Origin: Octopus sinensis
Taxonomy: Eukaryota
Reading direction: 5' to 3'
Assembly (NCBI RefSeq): GCF_006345805.1
Contig: NW_021827809.1
Coordinates: forward strand, 1 to 9,852
Length of the DNA stretch: 9,852 nt
In this document: in pieces, positions 9,053 through 9,852 of the stretch
How the letters are laid out: each line of letters opens with the position of its first letter
Position numbering within the stretch: the stretch's first letter is position 1
Notes under the pieces: model-generated
Databases searched by the model: none
Seen by the model: only the letters and a program-made list of their open reading frames with translations
Told to the model about the DNA's origin: nothing
Made by a program: the position numbers and the translations under genes

Positions 9053-9265
9053 AGAAACGTTAGCACGCCGGGCGAAATGCTTTGTGGTATTTCATCCGCC
9101 GCTGCGTTCTGAGTTCAAATTCCGCCGAGGTCGACTTTGCCTTTCATTCTTTCGGGGTCGATAAATAAAGTACCAGTTACGCACTGGGGTCGATGTAATC
9201 GACTTAATCCCTTTGTCTGTCTTTGTCCCCTTTATGTTTAGCCCCTTGTGGGCAATAAAGAAATA
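9053..9265 (+). mobile_element. SINE family A, tail type 2, least decayed copy
   Basis: A-box-like TAGCACGCCGG at 9061-9071, B-box-like GTTCAAATTCC at 9113-9123, module at 9183-9204 and an A-rich end. Homologous to 133-284. CpGs are largely retained. Confidence 0.9.
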
Positions 9266-9268
9266 TAA

Positions 9269-9291
9269 ATCTATCTATCTATCTATCTATC
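9269..9291. repeat. (ATCT)n microsatellite at the SINE 3' end
   Basis: Directly visible. Confidence 0.9.
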
Positions 9292-9479
9292 ATTTTGTAA
9301 CCCTTCCTTGGTTGCCAAAAAAAAGTGCTTCATACTCTGGATAAGGAATTTACTATCGACTGGTTTAAAGGGCCAACATACTATTAAAGACCATTTACGT
9401 ATTTTCTTAAACACTGTGATTGACAGTATACGGACATACGTCCAATTGTTATCAGTAAAAATACGCTGTTTGCGCGCGG

Positions 9480-9523
9480 ATGTGTGTGTGAGTGTGAGAG
9501 AGAAAGAGAGTGTGTGTGTGTGT

Positions 9524-9563
<40 letters not shown>

Positions 9564-9576
9564 CGTGCGTGCGTGC
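9480..9576. repeat. (TG)n/(GA)n/(TGCG)n compound microsatellite
   Basis: Directly visible. Confidence 0.92.
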
Positions 9577-9852
9577 TATATACATGCATCCAGATACAGC
9601 TCGTCATACTGAAAATGTACTGGCGGATTTGTGTGTGTGTGTGTTGTCCTTTCATTTATTCTCTCTCACACTCTTTCTCCAGTTTTCTCTTCCTTGTGTT
9701 TGCTTGTATTTATGAGCAATTTGTCTGTGTATGCTTGTTGCTACATGAATGTATATATAGGTGTATGTTTTTATATGCGTACATGCGTACATTTGAGTGT
9801 GTGTGTGTTTCGTCCGGGATTAAATGTAGAATATGGAATCCACAAGGAATCT

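Noticed and set aside
9283-9715. ORFs 9283..9585, 9308..9715 and 9452..9655
   Set aside because: They are extended by TG/GA repeats; the non-repeat part has no recognisable motif.

Overview
AT-rich, repeat-saturated non-coding DNA from an animal. The SINE families and the dense di/tri/tetranucleotide microsatellites look like an octopod cephalopod (Octopus-like); this assignment comes from recalled repeat sequences, not a database search. No host exon or intact gene is supported, and most listed ORFs are microsatellite read-through. The window holds: (1) a 1042-bp 5'-truncated CR1-group LINE (6744-7785, +) with a decayed RT/C-terminal ORF2, a 3' stem-loop and a candidate 14-bp target-site duplication in a (TA)n tract; (2) three copies of one tRNA-derived SINE (122-335 +, 5872-6009 -, 9053-9265 +) plus a fragment sharing its hairpin module (about 1130-1290 +); (3) a second tRNA-derived SINE (7804-7929 -) and an older relative carrying a CORE-like motif (about 3660-3752 +); (4) a microsatellite-poor island (about 2975-4820) that appears to be a mosaic of very old repeats; (5) many microsatellites. 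The most interesting observation is modular SINE structure: three different 3' tails attach right after the same GTCGA-N5-TCGAC hairpin. I see no convincing novel biological system.
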